Shown here: piece by piece, positions 37,095 through 47,480 of the stretch
How the letters are laid out: each line of letters begins with the position of its first letter
How positions within the stretch are numbered: the stretch's first letter is position 1
NCBI GenBank assembly: GCA_050250375.1
Contig: JBFWOS010000001.1
Span: forward strand, 1,150,361-1,214,360
Reading direction: 5' to 3'
From: Candidatus Omnitrophota bacterium
Lineage (GTDB): Bacteria > Omnitrophota > Gorgyraeia > Zapsychrales > Zapsychraceae
Length of the DNA stretch: 64,000 bases
Made by a program: the position numbers and the translations under genes
The notes under the pieces: model-generated
What the model was told of the DNA's origin: nothing
The model's database searches: none
Seen by the model: the letters and a program-made list of their open reading frames with translations, nothing else

Positions 37095-38402
37095 CTATTT
37101 GTTTGCGGCGGCCTTGGGCCAAAATTTTTCAATCAGCTTCGGGTTCATCCCTGTTTCGGTCGGTTCAAAACATTCCGCCAGAATCGTCCAGCCTAAATTT
37201 AACGCTTCTTCGAGCGGGATGTTTACGGAAAGATCCATTAATCGGCGTTCGAATTGGACTCCGTACTTTAATAATTTCTCATCCCACGAACTCATCTGAA
37301 ATCCCATTGATTTCTTTTCTAGGACTTCCCGGTAATCCGCAAAAAGCTGGATCATCCGGTCCATGATGGCCCGGTGGTCATCTCTGGTTTTACTGTTAAC
37401 CTGTTGTTTCAAACGGCTCAATGAACCGAACGGTTCAATGCGTCCGCCCCGCAGATAAAACTGCCCTTCCGTAATATATCCCGTGTTATCAGGGATCGGA
37501 TGAGTGACGTCATCTCCGGGCATTGTCGTAACTCCCAAAATCGTAATGGATCCGGCCCCATGAAAATCGACGGCTTTTTCATAACGCGCGGCCAATTGGG
37601 AATAGAGGTCTCCGGGATAACCGCGGTTAGACGGAATCTGTTCCATGGTGATCGCGATTTCTTTCATGGCGTCTGAAAAATTTGTCATATCCGTCAAAAG
37701 GACCAGGACCCGTTTGCCTTCCAGCGCAAACTGCTCGGCAACGGCCAGGCACATGTCCGGGACAAGAAGACATTCGACGGTCGGATCAGCCGCCGTATGG
37801 ATAAACATCACCGACCGTGATAAAGAACCCTGCGCTTCTAGTGTATCTTTAAAGAAAATGTAGTTATCATACTTCAACCCCATCCCGCCTAAAATAATAA
37901 TGTCAACCTCAGCCTGCATCGCGATGCGCGCCAACAATTCATTGTAAGGTTCGCCGGCCACCGAAAAAATCGGAAGCTTTTGCGATTCGACCAGGGTGTT
38001 AAAGACATCAATCATCGGAATCCCGGTACGGATCATGTTTTTAGGAACAACCCGTTTGGATGGATTAACCGACGGACCGCCGATTTCGATCATATTTTCG
38101 GTCAATCTCGGCCCTTTGTCCCGCGGTTCACCGGCCCCGGTAAAAATTCGTCCCAATAAATCTCCGGAATAAGACACCTGAATCTGTTTTTTCAAAAACC
38201 GGACTTTGTCATTGGTTGAAATCCCGCGGCTTCCGGCCAGGACCTGCAGAGAAACTTTTTTCCCGTCCAACCGGATAACCTGGGCTAACGATGATCCCAG
38301 GGATGTCTTGACTTCAGCCATTTCCTTATATGCGATATCATCGGCTTCGACCGTAATGACGTCGCCGGCGATCTGAATAATTTGACTGTAAACTTTTTGC
38401 AT
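37095..38402 (-). CDS. atpB: V/A-type ATPase subunit B
   Basis: [19 protein letters not shown] and [14 protein letters not shown] motifs. Confidence 0.95.
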   Translation of the reverse strand: MQKVYSQIIQIAGDVITVEADDIAYKEMAEVKTSLGSSLAQVIRLDGKKVSLQVLAGSRGISTNDKVRFLKKQIQVSYSGDLLGRIFTGAGEPRDKGPRLTENMIEIGGPSVNPSKRVVPKNMIRTGIPMIDVFNTLVESQKLPIFSVAGEPYNELLARIAMQAEVDIIILGGMGLKYDNYIFFKDTLEAQGSLSRSVMFIHTAADPTVECLLVPDMCLAVAEQFALEGKRVLVLLTDMTNFSDAMKEIAITMEQIPSNRGYPGDLYSQLAARYEKAVDFHGAGSITILGVTTMPGDDVTHPIPDNTGYITEGQFYLRGGRIEPFGSLSRLKQQVNSKTRDDHRAIMDRMIQLFADYREVLEKKSMGFQMSSWDEKLLKYGVQFERRLMDLSVNIPLEEALNLGWTILAECFEPTETGMNPKLIEKFWPKAAANK

Positions 38403-38439
38403 TATGCTCTCCTCGTAACGAACTCATCAATTCCGGGGT

Positions 38440-40197
38440 TTAAACCGTGGCCAAATCCGATTCCTGGGCTGCCCCCTCGGCAATTTTGTCCTTTAATTTT
38501 TTCTCAGCTTCCTTAAATTCAGGACTGTTTAATACCAGAAAATTCCATGTTTTAAACATCTGGGTCATTTCCTGAAAATACCGCCGGGCTTTGTCTTTAC
38601 TCTCAAATTTGAATTTCTGGTCCAGAATCTCAACGATAATGTCAAACACGTAAATCTGCCGTTCCTTCGGTGTTGCCTCATCAACTTTATCAAACGCGTT
38701 TTGCTGCAGATAAACAGCGTCAAAAAATTCGCCCTTCAGATAATCAATAAATTCATCAATCGATGTCCCCTCTTCTCCGACGACCTTCATCATCTGTCCG
38801 ACATTGTTGCTTTTGCGCAGCATGGCCCGGCTTTTTTCGGCCTTTACCCCGTCCACAAAGCTCGGATACTTGCTCCAGCTATCCAACGGATCAATCGTCG
38901 GATACCGGCGGGCGTTGGCCCGCGCCTGGGAAAGACCGAGAAACCCTCCGACAACCTTTAACGTCGCCTGGGTTACCGGTTCTTCAAAGTTGCCCCCGGC
39001 CGGCGATACGGCTCCGCCGATCGTGATTGACCCCATCGACCCGTCGCGGAACTTAACAAGACCGGCCCGTTCATAAAATGACGCGATCCTGGATTCCAGA
39101 TAGGCCGGAAAGGCTTCTTCCCCTGGTATTTCTTCCAGGCGACCTGACATCTCACGCATGGCCTGGGCCCAACGTGATGTTGAATCGGCCAGCAACAGAA
39201 CATTGAGTCCCATCTGCCGGTAATACTCGGCCAATGTCACCCCTGTATAAACAGAAGATTCACGTGCGGCGACAGGCATTGAACTTGTGTTACAAATAAT
39301 AATTGTGCGGTCCATCAAAGTTTTTCCGGTTTTCGGGTCAATCAATTCCGGAAACTCTTCCAGGATCTCAACAACTTCCCCCGCGCGTTCGCCGCAGGCC
39401 GCAACGATCACCACATCCACTTCCGCGTGACGGCTGAGCAAATGCTGCAAAACAGTCTTTCCGGCCCCAAACGGTCCCGGCGTACAAAATGTACCGCCGA
39501 TAGCCACCGGGCAGATCGTGTCAATAAGACGGATTTTTGTAACCAGCGGGTCAACCGGCTTCAGTTTTTCCGCATACGCCTTGATCGGAACTTTGACCGG
39601 CCAGGTCTGCACCATTTTAATCTCTAATTTTTTTCCTGATTCATCTTTAACCGTCGCAACCGTCTTATCAATCGAATATTCACCCGCATCCGCGACATTA
39701 ATAATCTCGTAGTCCCCCATCCAATTAAACGGGACCATAATCTTGTGCGCGAACATATTTTCCGGAACTGTTCCGATGGTATCGCCCGCGCGAACCACAT
39801 GCCCATCTTTAACTTTAGGGGAAAATTCCCACAATTTTTCCTCGTCCAGCGGCTTCAGATAGGCGCCGCGTTTCAGAAAAAACCCGTGCTTTTCAGCCAG
39901 TTGCGGCAACGGATTTTGAAGACCGTCAAAAATCTTTCCCAAAAGCCCGGGTCCCAACTCAACACTTAAAAGCTCATCGGAAAACTCAACCATATTGTTA
40001 ACCTTGATTCCGGCGGTATCTTCAAAAACCTGAAGGTCTGCGATCCGTCCTTTAACACGGATGACCTCGGCCTTTAGTTTTTCCTCACCGACAACGACAT
40101 ACGCCACCTCGTTCTGTTTGACTTTTTCTTCAAACTCAACCGCCACCATGTTGCCGTTAACACCAACCACTTTTCCGGTTCTTCTCTGTGTGCTCAC
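38440..40197 (-). CDS. atpA: V/A-type ATPase subunit A (catalytic)
   Basis: Walker A GPFGAGKT, CGER and PGEEAFPAYL; start placed at GTG 40197 after an AAGGAG RBS. Confidence 0.95.
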   Translation of the reverse strand: MSTQRRTGKVVGVNGNMVAVEFEEKVKQNEVAYVVVGEEKLKAEVIRVKGRIADLQVFEDTAGIKVNNMVEFSDELLSVELGPGLLGKIFDGLQNPLPQLAEKHGFFLKRGAYLKPLDEEKLWEFSPKVKDGHVVRAGDTIGTVPENMFAHKIMVPFNWMGDYEIINVADAGEYSIDKTVATVKDESGKKLEIKMVQTWPVKVPIKAYAEKLKPVDPLVTKIRLIDTICPVAIGGTFCTPGPFGAGKTVLQHLLSRHAEVDVVIVAACGERAGEVVEILEEFPELIDPKTGKTLMDRTIIICNTSSMPVAARESSVYTGVTLAEYYRQMGLNVLLLADSTSRWAQAMREMSGRLEEIPGEEAFPAYLESRIASFYERAGLVKFRDGSMGSITIGGAVSPAGGNFEEPVTQATLKVVGGFLGLSQARANARRYPTIDPLDSWSKYPSFVDGVKAEKSRAMLRKSNNVGQMMKVVGEEGTSIDEFIDYLKGEFFDAVYLQQNAFDKVDEATPKERQIYVFDIIVEILDQKFKFESKDKARRYFQEMTQMFKTWNFLVLNSPEFKEAEKKLKDKIAEGAAQESDLATV

Positions 40198-40207
40198 TAT
40201 ATTCTCC

Positions 40208-40759
40208 TTATCCTTTGGAAGCAAACCCTTGCGGGAATTCAATTTTCTTTAATCCTTCATATATTTCACGGCCCTTCGGTGAAGCAATATTATGGTACCG
40301 TTCAACGATTTTTAATTTAAGCCCGTACAATAAAACAAAGGCGAGATTATAAAACTGGCTCGCCATCAATTCGTCATAAAATTGCCAGCGGGCCTTGCTG
40401 ATCAACTTGTCGCCTTCTAAGGGATCGCCCGCGTTGGCGGCCTGTTTGACTAACTCGGTGAATACCGGCTGTTCATTATATTGTCCGCGGATGAAAGACT
40501 GCGCGTCCTTATTAAATCTCTGCGCACGATAAACAGCAATATGATTAGATAATCCCCGTTCGAATTCTTCAACCATCGCAATCACCGGATTTGCGATGTT
40601 AACACCAGCGTTGTTCAAAAGCCCGGATACAGTCGCATAATCATCCCGCGACATGAGTCGCTCACAATCCGCTAAAAAGCCCTGCACGGACATCGGAAGT
40701 TTACCCTGAAAACTCAACATGGGTAAACTCGCTCCAAGATAATAATATGATCCAGCCAT
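40208..40759 (-). CDS. DUF2764-type V-ATPase subunit C-like protein
   Basis: YYYLGASLP.L N-terminus; position between subunits E and A as in spirochaete/chlamydial operons. Confidence 0.8.
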   Translation of the reverse strand: MAGSYYYLGASLPMLSFQGKLPMSVQGFLADCERLMSRDDYATVSGLLNNAGVNIANPVIAMVEEFERGLSNHIAVYRAQRFNKDAQSFIRGQYNEQPVFTELVKQAANAGDPLEGDKLISKARWQFYDELMASQFYNLAFVLLYGLKLKIVERYHNIASPKGREIYEGLKKIEFPQGFASKG

Positions 40760-40771
40760 AAGATTAAATGA

Positions 40772-41380
40772 TTAAGCAGACTTAGTTATAATCGCTGCCA
40801 ATTGATCGTTGAGAAACGTGGTTAAATACTGGGCCAAACTTTCATCCGTAAAATCAAAACTGGATTTCCCCTGGTCATAACTGATTGTAAACCCGCCGCC
40901 GATATCATCCGAGGACTGAAGTTTGATCTCACTTTTGATCTTTTTCTGAAGTTTGGAAATAAACCCTTCACTTAAATTTTTTAAATCCTTCGCGCTTACG
41001 TCTACTTGTACTCCGCCGCCTTCTTTTCCATCCAATGTCCGCGTAATGACTTCTGTCAGGATCTCCGCCAATCGTTCATTCGTCAATGCATGCGACACCT
41101 CCGCAAGGACCAACCGCTGCAGTGTTTTTTCGATTTCCTTTCGTAATGACAGCAAGGTATCCCGTGAAGCCTGCTGCAATGATTTCTGGGCGGATTCCTG
41201 CGTTTTTTTGATTTCCGTTTTAACCTGGGCAAGCATATTATCCGCTTTTTGCTGAGCCTCCTGGACAATTTTTTGAGCCTTGGCCTGGGCCTGCTTCTCT
41301 ATTTCCTGAGCCTGATTTTGCGCGGTCTGTATCCCGTCGTTTTTAATTTTATCAATCAGTTCCTGTATTTGTGAAGACAT
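40772..41380 (-). CDS. atpE: V/A-type ATPase subunit E
   Basis: IQELIDKIKNDG..AQ coiled coil, GGFTI..DFTDESL; start placed at MSSQ after AGGAG. Confidence 0.88.
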   Translation of the reverse strand: MSSQIQELIDKIKNDGIQTAQNQAQEIEKQAQAKAQKIVQEAQQKADNMLAQVKTEIKKTQESAQKSLQQASRDTLLSLRKEIEKTLQRLVLAEVSHALTNERLAEILTEVITRTLDGKEGGGVQVDVSAKDLKNLSEGFISKLQKKIKSEIKLQSSDDIGGGFTISYDQGKSSFDFTDESLAQYLTTFLNDQLAAIITKSA

Positions 41381-41433
41381 GTTGCGCTCCTGTAACCTGT
41401 TCAATGGATTCTAAGTGTAATTTATATAACGCC

Positions 41434-42183
41434 CTAACTTCTGGCTTCATCAATTTGTTTTAATATTTGTCTGGCGGCTTCCGCCGGATCTTTGGCTTTG
41501 ACAATCGGCCGTCCAACAACCAGGAAATTGCTTCCCGCTTTTACCGCGTCAAACGGTGTGGCTATCCGCTTCTGGTCTCCAGAATCCGCTCCGACAGGAC
41601 GAATCCCGGGAGTAACGATCACAAAATCATCGCCGAACGTTTGACGAATCAGGGCTGCTTCCTGAACGGAAGCGACCACGCCGTCAAGTCCGGATTCCTT
41701 GGCCAAAACGGCTCTTTCTATGACAAGATCACGTATATTATCTGTTTTCTCATCGCTTGTCAAGACTGTGATCCCAACCAGCAAAGTCCTGTTAACTCCA
41801 ATGGTTTGAGCTTGTTTTGTTGCTGCGGCAACGGCCTGTTTAAGCATTTCCCCGCCCCCCTGTATGTGCAGGGTGCATAACAACAGACCTTGGTTGCGTT
41901 GGACGACACCCGTATGCGCACTCCGGGCAAGATTTACGGCCGAAGTGACGGCGCTGGCGACCGTGTTAGGAATGTCATGAAATTTCAGATCCAAAAAAAC
42001 CTGTTTTCCTTGGTCGAATACGTATTGAACAACCATCGGACCGCAAGCCGTGAACAATTGACTGCCGATTTTATAGATATCGACAACATCTCCCAGTTGA
42101 TCAATCAGCTTCCTGGCTTCATCAAAGGTTTCTACATCAAGCGCAATAATCAGGCTTCCTTTTTCCATCATAAAATCATCCAT
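41434..42183 (-). CDS. pyrF: Orotidine-5'-phosphate decarboxylase
   Basis: IALD, FLDLKFHDIPNT, TPGIR and VVGRPI motifs. Confidence 0.95.
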   Translation of the reverse strand: MDDFMMEKGSLIIALDVETFDEARKLIDQLGDVVDIYKIGSQLFTACGPMVVQYVFDQGKQVFLDLKFHDIPNTVASAVTSAVNLARSAHTGVVQRNQGLLLCTLHIQGGGEMLKQAVAAATKQAQTIGVNRTLLVGITVLTSDEKTDNIRDLVIERAVLAKESGLDGVVASVQEAALIRQTFGDDFVIVTPGIRPVGADSGDQKRIATPFDAVKAGSNFLVVGRPIVKAKDPAEAARQILKQIDEARS

Positions 42184-42198
42184 TTCAGACAGAGGTCT

Positions 42199-43104
42199 TT
42201 ACCGTTTCACGATTCCCCTGAGATTATTAATGTCTTTTATTTTGTGCCTTTTCATATAATCTTTAATGCCGTTTAGAACTTCTAACGGCGCGCGCGGATT
42301 AACAAAATTCATGGTCCCCACCGCGACCATGGTTGCCCCGGCCAGGATAAACTGGAGGGCATCGTCGGCATTGGCGATACCGCCCATCGCGATGATGGGA
42401 ATCTTAACCTTTTGGGCCGTTTGATAAACTAAATTAACTGCCAGGGGACGAATCGCCGGCCCGCTTAAGCCCCCGGTAAAGTTTCCCAGAACCGATTTTT
42501 GTTTTTCGACATCAATCACCATCCCGGAAAATGTATTAATCAGGCTTAATCCATCCGCTCCCGCCTCTTGGGCTGCTTTTGCAATAATAGTGATATCCGT
42601 AACGTTGGGCGCCAGTTTGGCAATTACCGGAACTTGGGCGATAGCCTTCACCAATTTAACGATACGGTAAGTCGCTTCAGGATCTTGAGCGACCAGGGTC
42701 TTATGGCCGAGATTGGGACAGGATAGATTCAACTCAAGCGCCGCAAACCCTCCCGCTTGTGTAAATTTTCTGGCGAGAACCTCAAACTCCTGGTCGTTAT
42801 GTCCCAATATACTGATGATCAGCGGTACGCCGATTTTCTTAAATCCGGGAAGTTTCTTTTCAATAAACCCGTCAGCTCCGGGATTTTCGATCCCGATCGC
42901 GTTCAGCATCCCTGACGGTGTTTCTACGATCCTTACCGGAGGATTACCTTCCTGGGCTGGAAGCGTGACCGTCTTGGGTACGACCGCTCCGAGCTTTTTA
43001 ACCTCTTCCAGGTCATAATATTTCTCGGCATGCCCGAAAGTTCCTGAGGCCACCGTTACAGGATTTGAAAACGTCACACTTCCAATTTTGACTTCAAGAT
43101 TCAT
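42199..43104 (-). CDS. pyrD: Dihydroorotate dehydrogenase 1B, catalytic subunit
   Basis: ASGTFG, NAIGIENPG, NLSCPN and GGLSGPAI motifs; start placed at MNLEV. Confidence 0.95.
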   Translation of the reverse strand: MNLEVKIGSVTFSNPVTVASGTFGHAEKYYDLEEVKKLGAVVPKTVTLPAQEGNPPVRIVETPSGMLNAIGIENPGADGFIEKKLPGFKKIGVPLIISILGHNDQEFEVLARKFTQAGGFAALELNLSCPNLGHKTLVAQDPEATYRIVKLVKAIAQVPVIAKLAPNVTDITIIAKAAQEAGADGLSLINTFSGMVIDVEKQKSVLGNFTGGLSGPAIRPLAVNLVYQTAQKVKIPIIAMGGIANADDALQFILAGATMVAVGTMNFVNPRAPLEVLNGIKDYMKRHKIKDINNLRGIVKR

Positions 43105-43108
43105 ATAA

Positions 43109-43468
43109 TTATTTAAAGAAAAACATTTTAATGCCAAGCAGGATTAAAAAAAACCCAAAGCATTTTTTTACAATAGGAGCTGGTAAATACTGGATGATAT
43201 GCGCTCCTAAAAAAGAGCCAACAACAAAACCGATGATCATTAAGCCGGTTATATTTAATTTTAAATTGCCTTCTATATAATAACGCCACGCCGCCGCCAA
43301 GAAGACCGGCAGTGTCAACAACCCGATAACAGTTCCCTGCGCCTGGTGCTGGGTCAGTCCGGCGGCCATAACCAGCAATGGAACCATGATCGCGCCGCCG
43401 CCAAGCCCAAGAGCCCCCCCGACAAAACCGCCCGCAAAACCAATTAAAATATATGTGAGAAACGGCAT
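43109..43468 (-). CDS. Half-size TauE/SafE (TSUP) family membrane protein
   Basis: GALGLGGGAIMVP and QHQAQGT motifs. Confidence 0.85.
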   Translation of the reverse strand: MPFLTYILIGFAGGFVGGALGLGGGAIMVPLLVMAAGLTQHQAQGTVIGLLTLPVFLAAAWRYYIEGNLKLNITGLMIIGFVVGSFLGAHIIQYLPAPIVKKCFGFFLILLGIKMFFFK

Positions 43469-43480
43469 GTTAAGTCTCCT

Positions 43481-44257
43481 TTAATGTTCAAATAGCACTT
43501 CCTGCAAATCAAACACAGGCCCGTCATAACAAACAGTTTTATAACCCTTGGTTGTTTTAACGGAACAGCCTAAACATGCTCCGAGCGCGCAGGCCATGAT
43601 CTCTTCACAGGCGGCTTGCCCTTTCAATTGATTTTTATCCGCAAACCGCTGCACCGCCGCCATCATCGCAGACGGGCCGCACGTATAAAGGAATGTTTCC
43701 TGAGGATTCAGCCGGATTTTAGAAAACAATTCAGATACGCGGCCTTTGACCCCGGCACTACCGTCGTCCGTTGTAACATAAACTTTACAGCCGTTTTCTT
43801 TGAATTCTTTCATCGGGTATACATGCCCCTTGGTCCGGCCGCCATACAGCAAAACCAATTCCAACTTTAATTTCTTCAAAATATCTGTAAAAATTAAAAA
43901 CGGCGCGACCCCGATCCCGCCGGCAATCATGACGACTTGTTTAGTCCCTTTCGGCGGCAACGCAAACGGCATACCCACCGGCCCCAACACATCAACATCA
44001 TCTCCCTTATTCAATTGCGACATGAGTTTTGTCCCCGGCCCGACAACTTCATAAAACACCTCAACATAACGCTTTGCCCGGTAAACACTAAATGGTCTGC
44101 GGAAAAATGGTTCAAATCCATCATTGGTTCTGATATGGACAAACTGGCCGGGCTTCACCTGGTCTTTGATGGGTTTCGCATCAAAACTAAGACGATAAAA
44201 TTGGGGACAAAGTTTTTCATTAGAAACAACTTTATAGATATTTTGCAGTTTGGGCAT
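43481..44257 (-). CDS. pyrK: Dihydroorotate dehydrogenase electron-transfer subunit
   Basis: RRPFS, GGIGVAP, CGP and MACALGACLGC...VC.DGPVF [2Fe-2S] motif. Confidence 0.95.
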   Translation of the reverse strand: MPKLQNIYKVVSNEKLCPQFYRLSFDAKPIKDQVKPGQFVHIRTNDGFEPFFRRPFSVYRAKRYVEVFYEVVGPGTKLMSQLNKGDDVDVLGPVGMPFALPPKGTKQVVMIAGGIGVAPFLIFTDILKKLKLELVLLYGGRTKGHVYPMKEFKENGCKVYVTTDDGSAGVKGRVSELFSKIRLNPQETFLYTCGPSAMMAAVQRFADKNQLKGQAACEEIMACALGACLGCSVKTTKGYKTVCYDGPVFDLQEVLFEH

Positions 44258-44269
44258 ATTTTCTAAACT

Positions 44270-45094
44270 TTATTTCTGACACTGTTCACAAAAAAACGTG
44301 CTGCGCTGGGCCTGCACGATCCGTTTAATCGGCCTGTCACAAACCGGACATTCTTTGTGTTCTTTTCCATAAATCTTAATCCGATCCAAATACCGGCCTT
44401 TTTTACCAGAAGAATCCCTGTAATTTCGCATCGATGTCCCGCGGAACTTAATTGATTCTTCCAGAACTTTGATCGTTGACCAGTGGATCCGTTCAACCTG
44501 TATTTTGGTCAGTTTTCCGGCCGTTTTTTCAGGATGCACACCGGCCGAGAATAATATCTCAGAAGCATAAATATTCCCGATACCGGCTATAAATTGTTGA
44601 TTCATTAATAACGGCTTGATTGGTGAGGTTTTATTTTTCAGCTGACGATAAAACCAGTCGACACTAAACTCATCTCCCAGTGGTTCCGGGCCGATGGTGT
44701 TCAGATACGGAATGTCCTCTAGGCGGTCAACTAAAATTAACCATCCGAATAATCTTTGATCATTATAATTTAAAAACTTTCCGTTGGAAAGACGGAAGAT
44801 CACTTTTGTTTCTTTGGAATCATTGTTCTCTTTTAAGTTAGGGCCATACACAAAATAACCTGTCATTTTAACTTGAACAAACAGAAAAGAACCATTGTCC
44901 ATTTTTAAAATAATCCCTTTCCCGCGGCGTTCCACAGATGTAAAGTTTCGCCCCTTCAAGCGTCGGATAAAGACAGGGGGAGCGACATCTTTAATCACTC
45001 GATGGTCATAAATAGCAATATCATCAACGGTCGAACCGATAATTTTCTTACGTAAATCCCTCGTCATCGTTTCAACTTCAGGCAACTCAGGCAT
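44270..45094 (-). CDS. mutM: Formamidopyrimidine-DNA glycosylase
   Basis: MPELPEVET, GIGNIYASE and C-terminal CPVC..CEQCQ zinc finger. Confidence 0.96.
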   Translation of the reverse strand: MPELPEVETMTRDLRKKIIGSTVDDIAIYDHRVIKDVAPPVFIRRLKGRNFTSVERRGKGIILKMDNGSFLFVQVKMTGYFVYGPNLKENNDSKETKVIFRLSNGKFLNYNDQRLFGWLILVDRLEDIPYLNTIGPEPLGDEFSVDWFYRQLKNKTSPIKPLLMNQQFIAGIGNIYASEILFSAGVHPEKTAGKLTKIQVERIHWSTIKVLEESIKFRGTSMRNYRDSSGKKGRYLDRIKIYGKEHKECPVCDRPIKRIVQAQRSTFFCEQCQK

Positions 45095-46795
45095 CTATAG
45101 CATCCTCAACTTTTCATCCAGCAACTCTACTTGTAAAGCCTGGTTTAATTTTCTATAAAGTTCCTGAGCTTTAATCAAATTTTTCCGGGCTTCAGATTTA
45201 TTTTTGCTCCGGAAATAACTCATTCCGATATAATAATAACAATCGGCCGTATCCGGACGATATTCCAGATACCTTTGATAATTCCGGATCGCCTCGTCGT
45301 AATCACCATTGATAAACGCCAGGTATCCGAGGTTTTGATAGGTTCCATAGAAATCCGGATCAATTTCCACCACTTTTTTAAAATGGTACAGCGCCTTCTG
45401 GTTCATACCTTTCTGGCTATACAGGATACCGAGATTGTTGTGTCCATTAGAAAAATCCGGTTTCAACGCAACCGCTTTTTTAAGATAAAATATCGCCGGA
45501 TCAATCTGTCCTTTGCGCCAATACGCGTCGGACAACCCCAAGTAAGCCGATGGATAACCAGGCTCTTTCAGGACGAGATCCTGATAATGCCCCAGTTCGG
45601 TGACCCAGACTTCATTGCGGGCATGAGCGGTCACACTTAGAACCGTGACCAGCATCAATACGGCCAGTTTATACAACCATTGGGTTTTTAATACCGCGGT
45701 TATTCCTGCCGCTGACAAAAGGCATAACCCCACCATCGATAAATAAAGCCAATTCTCATAAATTAAATTGCGTAGCCCGAAGGTCACCCCGGCAAACTCC
45801 ACACTCTTCGTTAGAAAAAACCAGAGAATACAGAAACTGACCAAGCGGTAGTTTTTAAAAAACCTGACCATGGCGATCAGCAGCGCAATGATTAACAGGA
45901 TCGACCCGATCGTCCGTAATTCAAGAATATTTTGGGTGACCGGATAATAATAATCCGACCGTAGGCCGACCGGCCAGAAAAATAATCGGAGATAGGTGAT
46001 CAATACATTTAATTCCGTCAGCAGCACCTTCCATTCGAATAAATGAACTCCCATTAAATGTTTGAATTTAACCGCTGCGTTGGATTGATTAAGTGAAAAA
46101 ACTGCCGGAAACAAAGCCGTCAATAAAAGGCTACTCACTAGCCATCGGGTTGAATGAATTTTTTGGGCTTTATATTGGTTCAAAAAATAAACCTCAAGCA
46201 TAACTAAAGAAACTCCGATGGTTATGGCATTTTCCTTTGTCAATAAACCCATCACCAAGGTGAACATGGCCAGCCAAAGCCATCCGGGCTTATTTTCTGT
46301 TCTCCCCTTTATATAAAGAATATGTGTTAACAAATAAAATCCCGTAACCATCAAAGTTGCACGCTGGGCAATATAGGAAACCGCCTGGGTCTGAACAGGA
46401 TGACATAAAAACAAAACGGCCGTGAGAAAGGAAATTTTAGTATAATCTCCGGCCTTGTGAACCAATAATAGAATTTGGCAACTGAATATATAGACCAGAA
46501 CGCTGTTGAAGAAATGAACTATAATACTGAACCAGTGATACCCAAACACATGTAATTGGTAATTTTTATAATCTAAAGCAAACGTAACACCAACCCAAAA
46601 TCTAGTATTAAACGAATTCCAAATCCCAACCAAACCGTGATCCTGCGTGACGGCCGGATTCTTAATGATATACCGATAATCATCTTGAAGAAACTCCCCG
46701 CCAAGAACATTTGAATAGATCGCTAATCCGAGAACAAATAGAAAAACTATGGTAAGAAATAACCGCGGTTTGGAAAAAAATATTAAACCTGTCAT
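45095..46795 (-). CDS. TMTC-like GT-C membrane protein with C-terminal TPR repeats
   Basis: FLQDD..I..NP, HPVQTQAVSYIAQR and TKENA motifs; TPR tail (HNNLGILY). Confidence 0.85.
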   Translation of the reverse strand: MTGLIFFSKPRLFLTIVFLFVLGLAIYSNVLGGEFLQDDYRYIIKNPAVTQDHGLVGIWNSFNTRFWVGVTFALDYKNYQLHVFGYHWFSIIVHFFNSVLVYIFSCQILLLVHKAGDYTKISFLTAVLFLCHPVQTQAVSYIAQRATLMVTGFYLLTHILYIKGRTENKPGWLWLAMFTLVMGLLTKENAITIGVSLVMLEVYFLNQYKAQKIHSTRWLVSSLLLTALFPAVFSLNQSNAAVKFKHLMGVHLFEWKVLLTELNVLITYLRLFFWPVGLRSDYYYPVTQNILELRTIGSILLIIALLIAMVRFFKNYRLVSFCILWFFLTKSVEFAGVTFGLRNLIYENWLYLSMVGLCLLSAAGITAVLKTQWLYKLAVLMLVTVLSVTAHARNEVWVTELGHYQDLVLKEPGYPSAYLGLSDAYWRKGQIDPAIFYLKKAVALKPDFSNGHNNLGILYSQKGMNQKALYHFKKVVEIDPDFYGTYQNLGYLAFINGDYDEAIRNYQRYLEYRPDTADCYYYIGMSYFRSKNKSEARKNLIKAQELYRKLNQALQVELLDEKLRML

Positions 46796-47265
46796 TGGGT
46801 ATTCAACTGAGCAATAATCTCTATTATTTTCTTTTCGGCATCAAATAAATCCTTCACCTGAATCATCCCTTCTCGATTCCAACCGCCCAGGTCAATAATC
46901 GGCCGTTTATAAACCATTCCATATGAAATTTCACATGATGTCCCATGACTGCCGGGAAGAGCAATAATGATGTCAGCACTGGCTGCTACGCAGGCATTCC
47001 GGGCAAATCCGATTGTAGTCGGTAAGGCAATATCAATATATTCATTAGCGTCTTGTTTATTAACCCCGGGAAGAAGGCCTATGGTCATGCCTCCGGCATC
47101 TTTTGCACCTTTAGCGGATGCCATCATTACTCCCTTTAGCCCCCCACAAACAAGAACAGCTCCCACTCTAACAACAATATTACCGACATTATAAGCTAAT
47201 TGCTCCACTTTTTCATCAATATCGGACCCACCGATAACAGAAATGGTTATTTTTTGTTTTCTCAT
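46792..47265 (-). CDS. TIGR00725/LOG-like Rossmann-fold protein
   Basis: LVCGGLKGVM, IGLLPG, GFARN and GSHGT.CEI motifs. Confidence 0.85.
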   Translation of the reverse strand: MRKQKITISVIGGSDIDEKVEQLAYNVGNIVVRVGAVLVCGGLKGVMMASAKGAKDAGGMTIGLLPGVNKQDANEYIDIALPTTIGFARNACVAASADIIIALPGSHGTSCEISYGMVYKRPIIDLGGWNREGMIQVKDLFDAEKKIIEIIAQLNTQ

Positions 47266-47431
47266 GATTATACCAGTCTACTCCTTTTGACAGCTGTGTG
47301 ACAACGCTTATTTATAATGGAATATGGGAAATTGATACGAATTATACATAAAATAACTTAAATATAAAGAAAAATTACTCCACTTATTTGATTCATTACG
47401 TATAATTGTGGGCGATACAAACATAAAAACT

Positions 47432-47478
47432 TTTCCACATATTGTACAAAACCTGTGAATATCTACTAGATATAGTAA
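47432..47478. promoter_or_regulatory. Putative tandem NrdR-like boxes overlapping DnaA-like boxes
   Basis: TTTCCACATATTGTAC and CTACTAGATATAGTAA, starts 31 bp apart; TTTTCCACA at 47431. Confidence 0.45.
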
Positions 47479-47480
47479 AA

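Noticed and set aside
47266-47480. Replication origin
   Set aside because: Only one perfect DnaA box, no dnaA/dnaN nearby and no switch in gene orientation.
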